The notes beneath the pieces were generated by a model, which made no database searches, had not been told where the DNA came from, and saw only the letters and a list, made by a program, of their open reading frames with translations. The position numbers and the translations under genes were made by a program. This document shows, in pieces, positions 19,324 through 29,307 of a stretch of 64,000 nucleotides of DNA; within the stretch, counting starts at the first letter, position 1, and each line of letters starts with the position of its first letter. Source of the DNA: an uncultured Bacilli bacterium (GTDB taxonomy: Bacteria > Bacillota_I > Bacilli_A > RF39 > UBA660); contig CAKPLY010000004.1 of NCBI GenBank assembly GCA_934167825.1, forward strand, positions 90-64,089. Direction: 5' to 3'.

Positions 19324-20313
19324 ATGTTTAATAAAGATATTGGTATTGATTTAGGTACTGCTAATGTACTTATATATATAAAAGGACAAGGCATAGTGTT
19401 AAATGAACCAAGTGTTGTTGCAATTGATTCAGAGACTAAAAAACCTCTTGCAGTTGGTATTGAAGCACATGAAATGCTTGGTAGAACTCCTGGTAAGGTA
19501 AAAGCAATTAAACCTATGAAAGATGGTGTTATTGCAGACTTTGATACTACAGAGGTTATGCTTAGTTATTTTATAAAAAAAGTAAATGGCAAGAGTTTCT
19601 TTTCTCGACCTAGAATACTAATTTGTTGTCCTTCAAATATCACTCAAGTAGAAAAAAATGCTATAAAGGAGGCTGCTGAGAGAACTGGTGCTAAAAAAGT
19701 TTTCTTAGAAGAGGAACCTAAGGTTGCTTCAATAGGAGCAGGTATGGATATATCTAAGCCTAGTGGTAATATGGTTATTGATATTGGTGGAGGTACAACA
19801 GATATTGCTATTTTGTCTTTAGGAGGAATAGTTAATAGTACATCAATTAGGATTGCTGGTAATGCATTTGATAATGATATTGTTAAGTATATAAAAGAAA
19901 AATATAAACTACTTGTAGGAGATAGAACTGCTGAAGAAATAAAAATGACTATTGGAACTGTTTTTCCTGGTAGTAGGAATGAAAAGATGGAAGTAAGAGG
20001 TAGAGATTTAGTTACTGGACTTCCTCATTCGATTACTATTACTTCAAGTGAAGTAGAGGAAGCGTTAAGAGAAAGTGTTTATTTAATTATACATGCAATT
20101 AAAGGTATATTAGAGCAAACACCTCCTGAATTATCTGCAGATATTATTGATAAGGGAATAGTTCTTACTGGTGGTGGTGCTTTAGTAGATGGATTTAGTG
20201 AGTTATTAAATCAAGAATTAAAAGTTCCTGTATTTATAGCAGAAAGTCCGCTTACTTGTGTAGCAGAAGGTACTGGTGTATTACTAGATAATTTGCATAT
20301 GTTAGATAGATAA
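19324..20313 (+). CDS. mreB: Rod-shape-determining actin homologue MreB/Mbl
   Basis: DIGIDLGTANVL, DIGGGTTD and LTGGGA motifs. By synteny its position after spoIIID corresponds to mbl. Confidence 0.92.
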   Translation: MFNKDIGIDLGTANVLIYIKGQGIVLNEPSVVAIDSETKKPLAVGIEAHEMLGRTPGKVKAIKPMKDGVIADFDTTEVMLSYFIKKVNGKSFFSRPRILICCPSNITQVEKNAIKEAAERTGAKKVFLEEEPKVASIGAGMDISKPSGNMVIDIGGGTTDIAILSLGGIVNSTSIRIAGNAFDNDIVKYIKEKYKLLVGDRTAEEIKMTIGTVFPGSRNEKMEVRGRDLVTGLPHSITITSSEVEEALRESVYLIIHAIKGILEQTPPELSADIIDKGIVLTGGGALVDGFSELLNQELKVPVFIAESPLTCVAEGTGVLLDNLHMLDR

Positions 20314-20345
20314 GATGAATATTTAAAAGTATTTGTCTTTTTTAT

Positions 20346-20374
20346 TTGCAAATTTTTTGTAAATATGATATTAT
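20346..20374 (+). promoter_or_regulatory. Sigma-A-type promoter with extended -10
   Basis: TTGCAA - 17 nt - TGaTATTAT. Confidence 0.5.
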
Positions 20375-20444
20375 TTAGATGTATGTAAAAGAGTTTGTGA
20401 TTTTTAAAAAATATTGCAAAAATTTTAGAAAGGAGCCCCTAATT

Positions 20445-20510
20445 ATGAATAGAGTAGATTTAATAAATTATAACATTTATGCTATCGGGGGGGGGCCAAT
20501 TAACATATAA
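20445..20510 (+). CDS. 21-codon leader ORF containing a G9 tract
   Basis: aaaggag RBS. MNRVDLINYNIYAIGGGPINI*; the first 6 codons plus 3 upstream nt are identical to the ssb start. Confidence 0.25.
   Translation: MNRVDLINYNIYAIGGGPINI
20487..20495. repeat. Homopolymeric G9 tract
   Basis: ggggggggg read directly from the sequence; exceptional in this AT-rich DNA. Confidence 0.95.
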
Positions 20511-20533
20511 TAATAATATAATAATTGAAAGTA

Positions 20534-20585
20534 AAACTATAGATAAAATGTCTAGAAATAGATAGTTTTTGTCTATAGTTTTTTT
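20534..20585 (+). terminator. Leader terminator/attenuator hairpin in front of the surface-protein gene
   Basis: Perfect 10-bp stem aaactataga/tctatagttt, 28-nt loop, T7 run. The downstream RBS lies about 10 nt away. Confidence 0.55.
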
Positions 20586-20607
20586 GTGTATAAAAAGGAG
20601 TTAGATT

Positions 20608-22026
20608 ATGAAAAGAGTAATAAATTTTGTAGACAAGAAAGAATTAATAATAATAACTGTGCTTACTTTTTTAATTGCACTTACAGGACTATTTGCAACA
20701 TATGCAATAGATACTAGTTTAAGTTATAATGATACCACAGAATATGATATGTCACTTAGTTTTGATTTATCAGCATCCACGAATAAACAAGTAACAATAC
20801 AAGCAGGTAAAACAAAATTCTTTGATATAGATGTTAAAAATAGTAATAATGGTACAATACAGTACGGTATTGCATACTCTATGGTTACACCATCAACCTT
20901 GCCTGATGGAGTAACTATTGCAAAGTCCTGGAAGAGTGTTAATCCCCCAAGTGGATTAATTAATGCAAACACAACTTTACCAGTAACAATAGCAGTAGAA
21001 AATACAACATCTACAGATATTACTATATCTTTATCAATAATAAATGGTTATGAAAAAGGTGGAGATTTAATAGTACCTACTGGTAAAGTATTAATAGATG
21101 GAGAATATAACCCTGTTGGTGAAGAAGAAATTACAAGATATTATATGAAGGGGTATGATACATCGTTTAACGAAGTTTCTTTTAGCAATGACGAATGTTT
21201 AAATCTTGATTTTACAGAAGATGTCGTTAATTGCTTAATGGAAGCGGGACCTAAATTCTTAAACTCTAATATTGCTTCTTCTCAAGTTTTAACGATTAAT
21301 ATAGTTAAATTTGATGAAGTACCTTCTGGAGTAGGAAGTGCTATTGATATATCAAGGGACCAAGATAATTCAGTCTTGTTATATTCAAAAACTTCCACAA
21401 AAACTGGTTATGCTGGCGAAAGTTTGTATGATTTATATGTTGCTACAGAAAATGGAAAAGTATTTTTAACGAGTGGTGCAAATTTATTTGCTTACATGAT
21501 TAATTTAAGAAGTGTTGATTTATCTAATATGTATACTAATGAAGTTACAGATATGAGTGGTATGTTTGCGGGATGTGTAGTTTTATCTAGTATTGATGTT
21601 AGTAATTTTAATACGTCAAATGTAACGAATATGAGTGGTATGTTTTATGGTTGGGTAACCGGTTTGATATCAACCGGTGCTAGTGTTAAAAGTATTAATC
21701 TTAACAGTTTTGATACGTCTAAGGTTACTGATATGAGTTATATGTTTTATTGCTTAAAACGTTTAACTACTTTAGATGTTAGTAATTTTGATACATCTAA
21801 TGTAACCAATATGAATAGAATGTTTCTGTATATGGAATCATTAGTAACTTTGTATGCGAGTGATAAATTTGTTACAACTAATGTAACAACAAGTAGTTAT
21901 ATGTTTTCTGGAGATACAAAACTAGTTGGTGGTAATGGTACAGCATATAATTCAAATTATGTAGATAAAACATATGCAAGAATAGATACTTCTAGTACTC
22001 CGGGATATTTTACGTTAAAAAGTTAA
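20608..22026 (+). CDS. BspA-like / DUF285 leucine-rich-repeat surface protein
   Basis: N-terminal signal anchor. Repeated ~26-aa units of the form L.S.D.SNF.TS.VT.M..MF. Confidence 0.8.
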   Translation: MKRVINFVDKKELIIITVLTFLIALTGLFATYAIDTSLSYNDTTEYDMSLSFDLSASTNKQVTIQAGKTKFFDIDVKNSNNGTIQYGIAYSMVTPSTLPDGVTIAKSWKSVNPPSGLINANTTLPVTIAVENTTSTDITISLSIINGYEKGGDLIVPTGKVLIDGEYNPVGEEEITRYYMKGYDTSFNEVSFSNDECLNLDFTEDVVNCLMEAGPKFLNSNIASSQVLTINIVKFDEVPSGVGSAIDISRDQDNSVLLYSKTSTKTGYAGESLYDLYVATENGKVFLTSGANLFAYMINLRSVDLSNMYTNEVTDMSGMFAGCVVLSSIDVSNFNTSNVTNMSGMFYGWVTGLISTGASVKSINLNSFDTSKVTDMSYMFYCLKRLTTLDVSNFDTSNVTNMNRMFLYMESLVTLYASDKFVTTNVTTSSYMFSGDTKLVGGNGTAYNSNYVDKTYARIDTSSTPGYFTLKS

Positions 22027-22116
22027 GATATAGAAAGTTTAGAATTTAATGTTTAAACTTTTTTTCTTGTAAAAAGATATGCATAATGTTATAATTAATA
22101 TTGAAAGGAGTAATCT

Positions 22117-22314
22117 ATGAATAAGGAATATAAACTTGGTAGTCATGTGATTATGAAGAAAGACCATCCTTGTGGTACTAATTTATGGGAGGTAGTAAGG
22201 TTGGGTGCTGATATTAAAATTAAATGTATAAATTGTGGTAGATGTATTATGTTACCTAGAATAGAATTTGATAAAAAGTTAAAGAAGGTGGTTAAAGATG
22301 AAGAAGAGAAATAA
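22117..22314 (+). CDS. DUF951 (YyzM-like) small protein
   Basis: KKDHPCG...W.V.R.GADIKIKC.NCGR pattern. Confidence 0.6.
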   Translation: MNKEYKLGSHVIMKKDHPCGTNLWEVVRLGADIKIKCINCGRCIMLPRIEFDKKLKKVVKDEEEK

Positions 22315-23839
22315 AGAGTTTAAACTTCATCCAGCACTATTGTTTCTTGTTTTAACTTTTGTTATTATGATAGTTAGTAGTATTGGGGGACTTCTTAATA
22401 TAGAGACTAGTTATTATACGGTAAATAGTAATACTGGTAATTTAGAGAGTAAAGTTGTTCTTATTAATAACTTATTTAATAGAACAGGATTACAAAATCT
22501 TGTTAGTAATATGCTTTCTAATTTTATAAATTTTGCTCCTTTGGGTAATTTGATTATTGGTCTTTTGGGGGTAGGAGTAGCATATAAATCTGGATATTTA
22601 GTTAGTTTATTTAAGATATTATCAAAGAAGATATCTAGAAAGACATTTACTTTTTTAGTTGTACTTCTTGGTATTATTTCTAGTATGTTTTTTCCAGTAG
22701 GTTATGTAATATTAATTCCTATAGCAGCGATATTATTTATTACTTTAGGACGTCATCCTTCGGCGGGAATATGTGCTGCATTTGCAGGTATTACTTTTGG
22801 ATATGGTGCAAATATTGTTGTTAATGGATTGGATAGTATGCTTATAGATTATACTAGTAGTGCTTCTAGTATACTAGATTCGGTGTATAAAGTTAATATA
22901 AATGGTAATATATATTTTATGATTATTAGTACTATATTACTTGCATATTTAGGTATGATTATTACTGAGAGATATGTTATACCTAAACTTGGTAGATATA
23001 ATTTTACTGAAGAAGAAACATTAGAGATAAATAATGAAGTAACTACTAAAGAAAAGAAAGGTGTATCTATTGCACTTCTTACTTCTTTACTTATTGCTTT
23101 AATACTTATTTATACTATTATACCAGGACTTCCTTTTTCAGGATTGTTCTTGTATCTTAAGGATAGTTTATATGTAGATCAATTATTTGGGGATAATTCA
23201 TATTTTAATCAGGGTGTTACTGTTATATTTAGTGCTTTACTTATTGTTGCAGGACTTGTATATGGATTTAGAGTTAAGACTATTAGAAACAATAGAGATT
23301 TAGTAGATGGTATGAGTTATTATATAAAAGATGTTGCTTCAATACTAGTACTTATATTCTTTGCTTCACAATTTTGTGCAATATTTAAAGAAACTAATAT
23401 AGGAGTGTTTGTTGTTAGTTCTTTAACTGAAATAATTAATTCAATTGAAATAAGTGGATTAGTACTTGTTATTCTTACATTTTTAGTTACTATTATTTGT
23501 ACTTTATTTGTGCCTTCAGCAGTAACTAAATGGGCTATTATGTCTCCAATTATTGTTCCTATGTTTATGCAAAGTTCTATGACTCCAGAATTTGCACAAG
23601 CGGTATTTAGAGCAGGTGATTCTGCGGTTAAGGGTATTACTCCGTTATTTAGTTATTTTGTAATACTTATAGGGTTCTTACAGATATATAATAAGAAGAA
23701 AGATGTTGTTAGTTTAACTGATACTTTAGGAATAATACTTCCTTATGCTTTGATATATAGTATTTTATGGTTTATAATTATTTTAGCATTTTATATTATA
23801 GGACTTCCTATTGGCGTAGGAACAGGAGTTATGTTATAG
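22298..23839 (+). CDS. AbgT-family (p-aminobenzoyl-glutamate/antimetabolite) transporter
   Basis: 513-aa polytopic protein. The HPALLF start region and overall architecture resemble AbgT; recognised from memory. Confidence 0.55.
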   Translation: MKKRNKEFKLHPALLFLVLTFVIMIVSSIGGLLNIETSYYTVNSNTGNLESKVVLINNLFNRTGLQNLVSNMLSNFINFAPLGNLIIGLLGVGVAYKSGYLVSLFKILSKKISRKTFTFLVVLLGIISSMFFPVGYVILIPIAAILFITLGRHPSAGICAAFAGITFGYGANIVVNGLDSMLIDYTSSASSILDSVYKVNINGNIYFMIISTILLAYLGMIITERYVIPKLGRYNFTEEETLEINNEVTTKEKKGVSIALLTSLLIALILIYTIIPGLPFSGLFLYLKDSLYVDQLFGDNSYFNQGVTVIFSALLIVAGLVYGFRVKTIRNNRDLVDGMSYYIKDVASILVLIFFASQFCAIFKETNIGVFVVSSLTEIINSIEISGLVLVILTFLVTIICTLFVPSAVTKWAIMSPIIVPMFMQSSMTPEFAQAVFRAGDSAVKGITPLFSYFVILIGFLQIYNKKKDVVSLTDTLGIILPYALIYSILWFIIILAFYIIGLPIGVGTGVML

Positions 23840-23918
23840 AAATATTTTAGGATATTTCTTTTTTTACTTGTCTTTTAGGTTAAATATATGTATAATACTT
23901 ATGGAAGTGAGTGATTTT

Positions 23919-25016
23919 ATGAGTTTAAAAGCTGGTATAGTGGGACTTCCTAATGTTGGAAAATCTACTTTATTTAACGCAATTACAAAACAAAATATAT
24001 TAGCTGCAAATTATCCTTTTGCTACTATAGAACCTAATGTTGGAATAGTTAATGTTCCTGATGTTAGAATAGATAAATTAAATGAAATGTATAATCCTAA
24101 GAGTTTGATTCCTACTAGTTATGAGTTTAATGACATAGCAGGATTAGTTAAGGGTGCTAGTAATGGAGAAGGACTTGGTAATAAGTTTTTATCTCATATT
24201 AGACAAGTTGATGCAGTAGTAGAGGTTGTTAGATGTTTTCGCGATTCAAATATAATACATGTTGATAGTAGTATAGATCCTCTTAGAGATATAGATGTTA
24301 TTAATATAGAACTTGCTATGAGTGATTTAGAAATTATTGATAATAGAATTAATAAGATTGGTAAGAAAGCAATGACTACTAAAGATAAAAAAGATTTAAA
24401 AGAAATAGAAGTATTAAATAAACTAAAATTAGGATTAGAAAGTGGTATTCCTGCGAGAAAGTTAGGACTTGATGATGAAGAGAAAAGTTTAGTTAGTTCA
24501 TTTAATTTAATTACTTTAAAACCTATTATATATGCACTTAATGTTAGTGAAGATGATTTGATTAATGGAAATGAATTTGTTGATTTAGTTAGTGATATGG
24601 CAAAAAAAGAGGGTAGTGAAATAGTTGTTATTTGTGCAAAAATAGAGAGTGAACTTGCGGAGTTATCAACAGAAGAACAAGAAGAATATTTAAATGAAAT
24701 AGGCATAAAAGAAAGTGGATTATCACAGCTTATTAAGAAGACATATTCTTTACTAGGATTATCTACATTCTTTACGGTAGGTAGTGATGAAGTTAGAGCA
24801 TGGACATTTAAGAATGGTATGAAAGCACCAGAGTGTGCAGGTATTATTCATAGTGATTTTGAACGTGGATTTATTAGAGCAGAAGTTATAAGTTATGATG
24901 ATTTAATTAAATATGGAAGTGAAAATGCTGTTAGAGAAAATGGTAAGATGAGACTTGAGGGAAAAGATTATGTTATGCAAGATGGAGATATTTGTCACTT
25001 TAGATTTAATGTATAG
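23919..25016 (+). CDS. ychF: Ribosome-binding ATPase YchF
   Basis: GIVGLPNVGKSTLFNA P-loop and C-terminal TGS-like GDICHFRFNV. Confidence 0.92.
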   Translation: MSLKAGIVGLPNVGKSTLFNAITKQNILAANYPFATIEPNVGIVNVPDVRIDKLNEMYNPKSLIPTSYEFNDIAGLVKGASNGEGLGNKFLSHIRQVDAVVEVVRCFRDSNIIHVDSSIDPLRDIDVINIELAMSDLEIIDNRINKIGKKAMTTKDKKDLKEIEVLNKLKLGLESGIPARKLGLDDEEKSLVSSFNLITLKPIIYALNVSEDDLINGNEFVDLVSDMAKKEGSEIVVICAKIESELAELSTEEQEEYLNEIGIKESGLSQLIKKTYSLLGLSTFFTVGSDEVRAWTFKNGMKAPECAGIIHSDFERGFIRAEVISYDDLIKYGSENAVRENGKMRLEGKDYVMQDGDICHFRFNV

Positions 25017-25039
25017 AACTAGTATTTAGTTCTTTTTTT
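25015..25039 (+). terminator. Rho-independent terminator
   Basis: agaacta-gtatt-tagttct followed by a T-run. Confidence 0.7.
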
Positions 25040-25101
25040 CGAGCATTTATTCTTTATATTTTTGATATATTATTGTATAATTAATATGAAAGGTGGATAA
25101 T

Positions 25102-26892
25102 ATGAATAGAGAAGATATAGATGTAAGATATACTTGGGATTTAAGTAAGATTTTTAGTAGTAATGATAAGTTTAATGAAAGTTATGATACTGTTAGTGAG
25201 AGTATAAGTAAATTTAGTTCTTATAAAGATGATATGTTAAAAGATGCAGATAGTTTATATAATACTTTAGAAGAATATTATAATATTTCTAGAGGTATTG
25301 ATAAGTTATATAGTTATGTAAATTTACTTTTTGATACAGACACTTCGAATAATAGTAATCAAGAATTAAAGGGTAAAGTAAGTAATTTATATAGTAAGTT
25401 TATAAGTGTTAGTTATTTTGTGGGAGTTAATATACTTAAACTTGATGAAGAAAAGATAAATAAATTTATTAAAGATAATAGTAATTTAGAGAAATATAGA
25501 AAGTTACTTATGGATGAATTAAGATATAAGAAATATACTTTAAGTGATAGTGAAGAGCAGTTGTTATCTAAATTAAGTAAGACTCTTGGAAATAATTATG
25601 ATACTTATGAGTTATTTAAGGATTGTGATATGGAGTTTGGTTCTATAAAGGATGAAGAAGGTAATATAGTTAAGGTTGATAACAGTAATTATTCTTTATA
25701 TATAGAAAGTAAGGATAGAAGAGTTAGAAAAGAAGTATTTGATGTGTTATATGAGACATATAAGAGATATAAGAATACTTTTGCATCTTTAATTTATAAT
25801 AATATAAATGAGGAAGTAAGTATAAGTAAAATAAGAGGGTATAATAGTGCGATAGAGAGTTCTTTGTATCATGATGAAGTAAATTTAGAAGTATATGATA
25901 ATTTAATTGATAGTGTTAATGAGGAAGTATCTATTTTATATAAATATTATGATATGAAGAAGAAGATATTAGGGTTAGATGAATTACATTTATATGATAT
26001 ATATGTGTCAATGGTAGATGATTATAATGTCTCTTATAAGTTTGATGATGCAGTAAAAATAGTAAGAGATGCTCTTAGCGTGCTAGGTAATGAATATATT
26101 AAAATTTATGATAAGGGTATAAAAGATAGGTGGATAGATGTATACCCTACATATAGTAAGAGAACAGGTGGTTATTCATCAGGTAGTTATGATACATACC
26201 CTTATGTGTTACTTAATTATCAAGATAAGTATGGGGATATGTCTACTTTAGCACATGAAATGGGACATTCTATTCATAGTTATTATACAAGAAGTAATAA
26301 TCTTTATATGTATGGGGATTATTCTATATTTGTTGCAGAGGTTGCTTCGACAGTTAATGAATTGTTACTTAGTAAGTATATGATTAAGAATAGCAATGAT
26401 AAGAAAGAAAAGTTATATATACTTAATAAACTTATGGAATTATTTAGAGCAACAATATATAGACAAACTATGTTTGCGGAGTTTGAGAAAGATATTTATA
26501 ACGAAGTTGAAAAAGATAATGTTTTAACTGCAGAATTATTATCTAATAAATATTATGAACTTAATAAGAAATATTTTGGTAGTAATGTAGTAGTAGATGA
26601 TGAAATAAGATATGAATGGGAAAGAATACCACATTTTTACTATAATTTTTATGTATATAAGTACGCAACTGGATTATCTTGTGCTTGTAAGATAGTTGAT
26701 AATATACTTAGTGGTAAAGCAAATGCAGTAGAAAATTACATTTCTTTCTTGAAATGTGGTAGAACTAAAAATCCTATAGAGTCACTTTTAGTTGCAGGGG
26801 TAGATGTTACTAAAAAAGAAGTTGTTTTATCTGCGATAAAAATGTTTAGTGATACTATAGATGAGTTTGAAAGTATTATTAATGAGAAATAG
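25102..26892 (+). CDS. pepF: Oligoendopeptidase F (M3B)
   Basis: HEMGH zinc motif (LAHEMGHSIHSYY); typical size. Confidence 0.88.
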   Translation: MNREDIDVRYTWDLSKIFSSNDKFNESYDTVSESISKFSSYKDDMLKDADSLYNTLEEYYNISRGIDKLYSYVNLLFDTDTSNNSNQELKGKVSNLYSKFISVSYFVGVNILKLDEEKINKFIKDNSNLEKYRKLLMDELRYKKYTLSDSEEQLLSKLSKTLGNNYDTYELFKDCDMEFGSIKDEEGNIVKVDNSNYSLYIESKDRRVRKEVFDVLYETYKRYKNTFASLIYNNINEEVSISKIRGYNSAIESSLYHDEVNLEVYDNLIDSVNEEVSILYKYYDMKKKILGLDELHLYDIYVSMVDDYNVSYKFDDAVKIVRDALSVLGNEYIKIYDKGIKDRWIDVYPTYSKRTGGYSSGSYDTYPYVLLNYQDKYGDMSTLAHEMGHSIHSYYTRSNNLYMYGDYSIFVAEVASTVNELLLSKYMIKNSNDKKEKLYILNKLMELFRATIYRQTMFAEFEKDIYNEVEKDNVLTAELLSNKYYELNKKYFGSNVVVDDEIRYEWERIPHFYYNFYVYKYATGLSCACKIVDNILSGKANAVENYISFLKCGRTKNPIESLLVAGVDVTKKEVVLSAIKMFSDTIDEFESIINEK

Positions 26893-26936
26893 TAAATATA
26901 CATAAGTAAAAAACTTAAAAAGATATAAAAAATAAC

Positions 26937-26965
26937 TTTACTTTAATTATAAAATTTGCTATAAT
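26937..26965 (+). promoter_or_regulatory. Promoter of the rpsF-ssb-rpsR operon
   Basis: TTTACT - 17 nt - TGcTATAAT (extended -10), about 70 nt upstream of rpsF. Confidence 0.45.
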
Positions 26966-27033
26966 ACTTCGTGGATGTGGAATCCTTGCTTAAATTTAGT
27001 TTTAAGCCGAATAGACCATAAGGAGGTGCAATA

Positions 27034-27324
27034 ATGAGAAAGTATGAAATTATGTTCATAGTAAGATCAGATGCAGATGAAGAAACAAGAAAAAATACTG
27101 TTAGTTCATTAGAAAAGGCAATGACTACAAATAAAGCTACTATAACTTTATCTAAGGAATTAGGACAAAGAGAATTAGCTTATGAAATAAGTGGTTGCAG
27201 ATCTGGTTTCTATTATCTATATAATATTGAAGCAAATGATAGTAAGGCTATTGATGAATTCAAAAGAATTGCTAAAATTGATGAAAATGTTATTAGAGAT
27301 TTAGTTATTAATCTTGATAAATAG
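27034..27324 (+). CDS. rpsF: 30S ribosomal protein S6
   Basis: MRKYEIMFIV start, aaggaggtg RBS, rpsF-ssb-rpsR synteny. Confidence 0.92.
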   Translation: MRKYEIMFIVRSDADEETRKNTVSSLEKAMTTNKATITLSKELGQRELAYEISGCRSGFYYLYNIEANDSKAIDEFKRIAKIDENVIRDLVINLDK

Positions 27325-27336
27325 TTGGAGGATATT

Positions 27337-27822
27337 ATGAATAGAGTAGATTTAGTAGGAAGACTTACTAGAGATCCTGAACTTAGACATACAACAAGCG
27401 GTAGAGCGGTATGTCAAATAAATTTAGCGATAAATAGAACATTTACTAACCAAAGTGGAGAAAGAGAAGCAGATTTTATTAATGTTGTTGTTTGGGATAA
27501 ACAAGCAGAGAATGTTGGTAAATATGTAAGTAAAGGTAGGTTAGTATCTGTTGAAGGTAGACTTCAAACAAGAAGTTATGATGATAAGGATGGAAAGAAA
27601 GTTTATGTAACTGAAGTTGTTGCACAAAGTGTTCAATTTTTAAGTAGTGGAAGTAGTAATGGTGGAAATAGTAATAATAATAGTTCATACGATACTAACC
27701 CATTTGATTTTGACAACGATGCATCAAAACCTAAAGTAGAAGAGTCTGTTAATGTTGAAAAGGACCCATTTGAAAGTTTTGGAGAATCTGTTACAATAAG
27801 CGATAATGATTTACCATTCTAA
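27337..27822 (+). CDS. ssb: Single-stranded DNA-binding protein (chromosomal)
   Basis: ggagg RBS before ATG 27337. OB-fold [16 protein letters not shown] and acidic tail ending DNDLPF. Confidence 0.92.
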   Translation: MNRVDLVGRLTRDPELRHTTSGRAVCQINLAINRTFTNQSGEREADFINVVVWDKQAENVGKYVSKGRLVSVEGRLQTRSYDDKDGKKVYVTEVVAQSVQFLSSGSSNGGNSNNNSSYDTNPFDFDNDASKPKVEESVNVEKDPFESFGESVTISDNDLPF

Positions 27823-27839
27823 TAAAGGAGGAAATAATT

Positions 27840-28058
27840 ATGGCAGAATTTCGTAAACCAAAAAGAAAAAAAATATGTCATATGTGTGCTGGAAAACCAG
27901 TAGACTATAAAGATGTTGCAATTATTAGTAAATATATAAATGATAATGGTAAAATTTTACCAAGAAGATTTACTGGTACTTGTGCTAAACATCAAAGACA
28001 TGTTGCTGAACAAGTTAAATTAGCAAGACACATGGCATTTATACCATTTGTTAAATAG
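27840..28058 (+). CDS. rpsR: 30S ribosomal protein S18
   Basis: Conserved Y.D...L.....GKILPRR.TG.CAKHQR motif. Confidence 0.95.
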   Translation: MAEFRKPKRKKICHMCAGKPVDYKDVAIISKYINDNGKILPRRFTGTCAKHQRHVAEQVKLARHMAFIPFVK

Positions 28059-28071
28059 TTATATATAAAGT

Positions 28072-28106
28072 ATAATTTATGTTTGATACATAGGTTATAT
28101 TTTTTT
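28072..28106 (+). terminator. Rho-independent terminator after rpsR
   Basis: 10-bp stem ataatttatg/cataggttat (two G-U pairs) followed by a T-run. Confidence 0.55.
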
Positions 28107-28191
28107 AAACTATATTAGCAAACAATTGTTTATTTTATATTGACTTTTATATACTCTTAATGTATAATTTTTATTGTAGGATGTGAGAGAT

Positions 28192-29259
28192 ATGGATTAT
28201 GTTATTATTGGACTTTTGATAGTTATAATTATACTAGTTATAGTTGCAATACTTAAAAATGTTAATGAATCTAATATTACAGAAAGGTTAGGTAAGTTAG
28301 AGAATACTACATTAAGGGAATTATCTAGTTTTAAATATGAACTTACTAAAGATTTAAATGATGATTTTGATAAGTTAAATGATAAGTTAGAAACTAAGAT
28401 TAATATGATGAATGATAGGGTTAATGAAAGATTAGATGATAGTTTTAGTAAGACTAATAGAACATTTACAATGGTTTTAGAAAGACTTAGTAAAATAGAT
28501 GAAGCCCAGAAAAAGATAGACAATTTGTCTAGTGATATTGTCTCTTTACAAAGTATACTTACTGATAAAAAGAGCAGAGGTATTTTTGGCGAAGTTAATT
28601 TGTCTCATATATTAACTAGTATATTTGGGGAAGGTAATGATAAAATATATAGATTACAATATATGTTTCCTAATAAAACTATAGCGGATGCTGTTATATT
28701 TGCTCCACTTCCTCTTGGTACTATTGCAGTAGATTCTAAGTTTCCTTTGGAACATTATAGAATAATGGTAGATAAGAATAAAACACAAATGGAGAGAGAT
28801 TTAGCGGAAAAGCAATTTAAAATAGATGTGAAGAAACATATAGATGCAATTAGTGATAAGTATATAATACCTGGTGTTACTAGTGACCAAGCAATTATGT
28901 TTTTACCTGCAGAAGCATTATTTGCAGAAATTAATGCATATCATACAGAACTTGTAGATTATGCACAAAGAAAAAGAGTATGGATTACTTCTCCAACTAC
29001 TTTGATGTCTACTTTTACTGTTATTGAAGTGCTTTTAAAAAATATGGAAAGAGATAAGTATGCTAAGGTTATTCAAGAAGAATTAACTAAGTTAGGTATG
29101 GAGTTTTCTAGATATAAAGAAAGATGGGATAAGTTATCTAGAAGTATAGAAACTGTTAATAAAGATGTAGAGAGTATACATGTTACTACAGATAAGATTA
29201 GTAAGAGGTTTGAATCTATTAGTAGTGTTGATATAAAAAATGACAATTATTTAGAATAG
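28192..29259 (+). CDS. rmuC: DNA recombination protein RmuC
   Basis: N-terminal TM plus coiled coil. ADAVIFAP...IAVDSKFPLEHY nuclease core. Confidence 0.8.
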   Translation: MDYVIIGLLIVIIILVIVAILKNVNESNITERLGKLENTTLRELSSFKYELTKDLNDDFDKLNDKLETKINMMNDRVNERLDDSFSKTNRTFTMVLERLSKIDEAQKKIDNLSSDIVSLQSILTDKKSRGIFGEVNLSHILTSIFGEGNDKIYRLQYMFPNKTIADAVIFAPLPLGTIAVDSKFPLEHYRIMVDKNKTQMERDLAEKQFKIDVKKHIDAISDKYIIPGVTSDQAIMFLPAEALFAEINAYHTELVDYAQRKRVWITSPTTLMSTFTVIEVLLKNMERDKYAKVIQEELTKLGMEFSRYKERWDKLSRSIETVNKDVESIHVTTDKISKRFESISSVDIKNDNYLE

Positions 29260-29307
29260 ATGTTTTACTTATATAAAAATACGAATATTATTTATTAGGT
29301 GGATAAA

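Noticed and set aside
24194-24706. 170-aa minus-strand ORF inside ychF
   Set aside because: It is antisense to a strongly supported conserved GTPase/ATPase gene, has Ser/Leu/Ile-rich low-complexity composition, and has no translation signals.
27479-27688. 69-aa Tyr/His-rich minus-strand ORF inside ssb
   Set aside because: It is the mirror frame of the Gly/Ser/Asn-rich SSB linker and overlaps an essential conserved gene.
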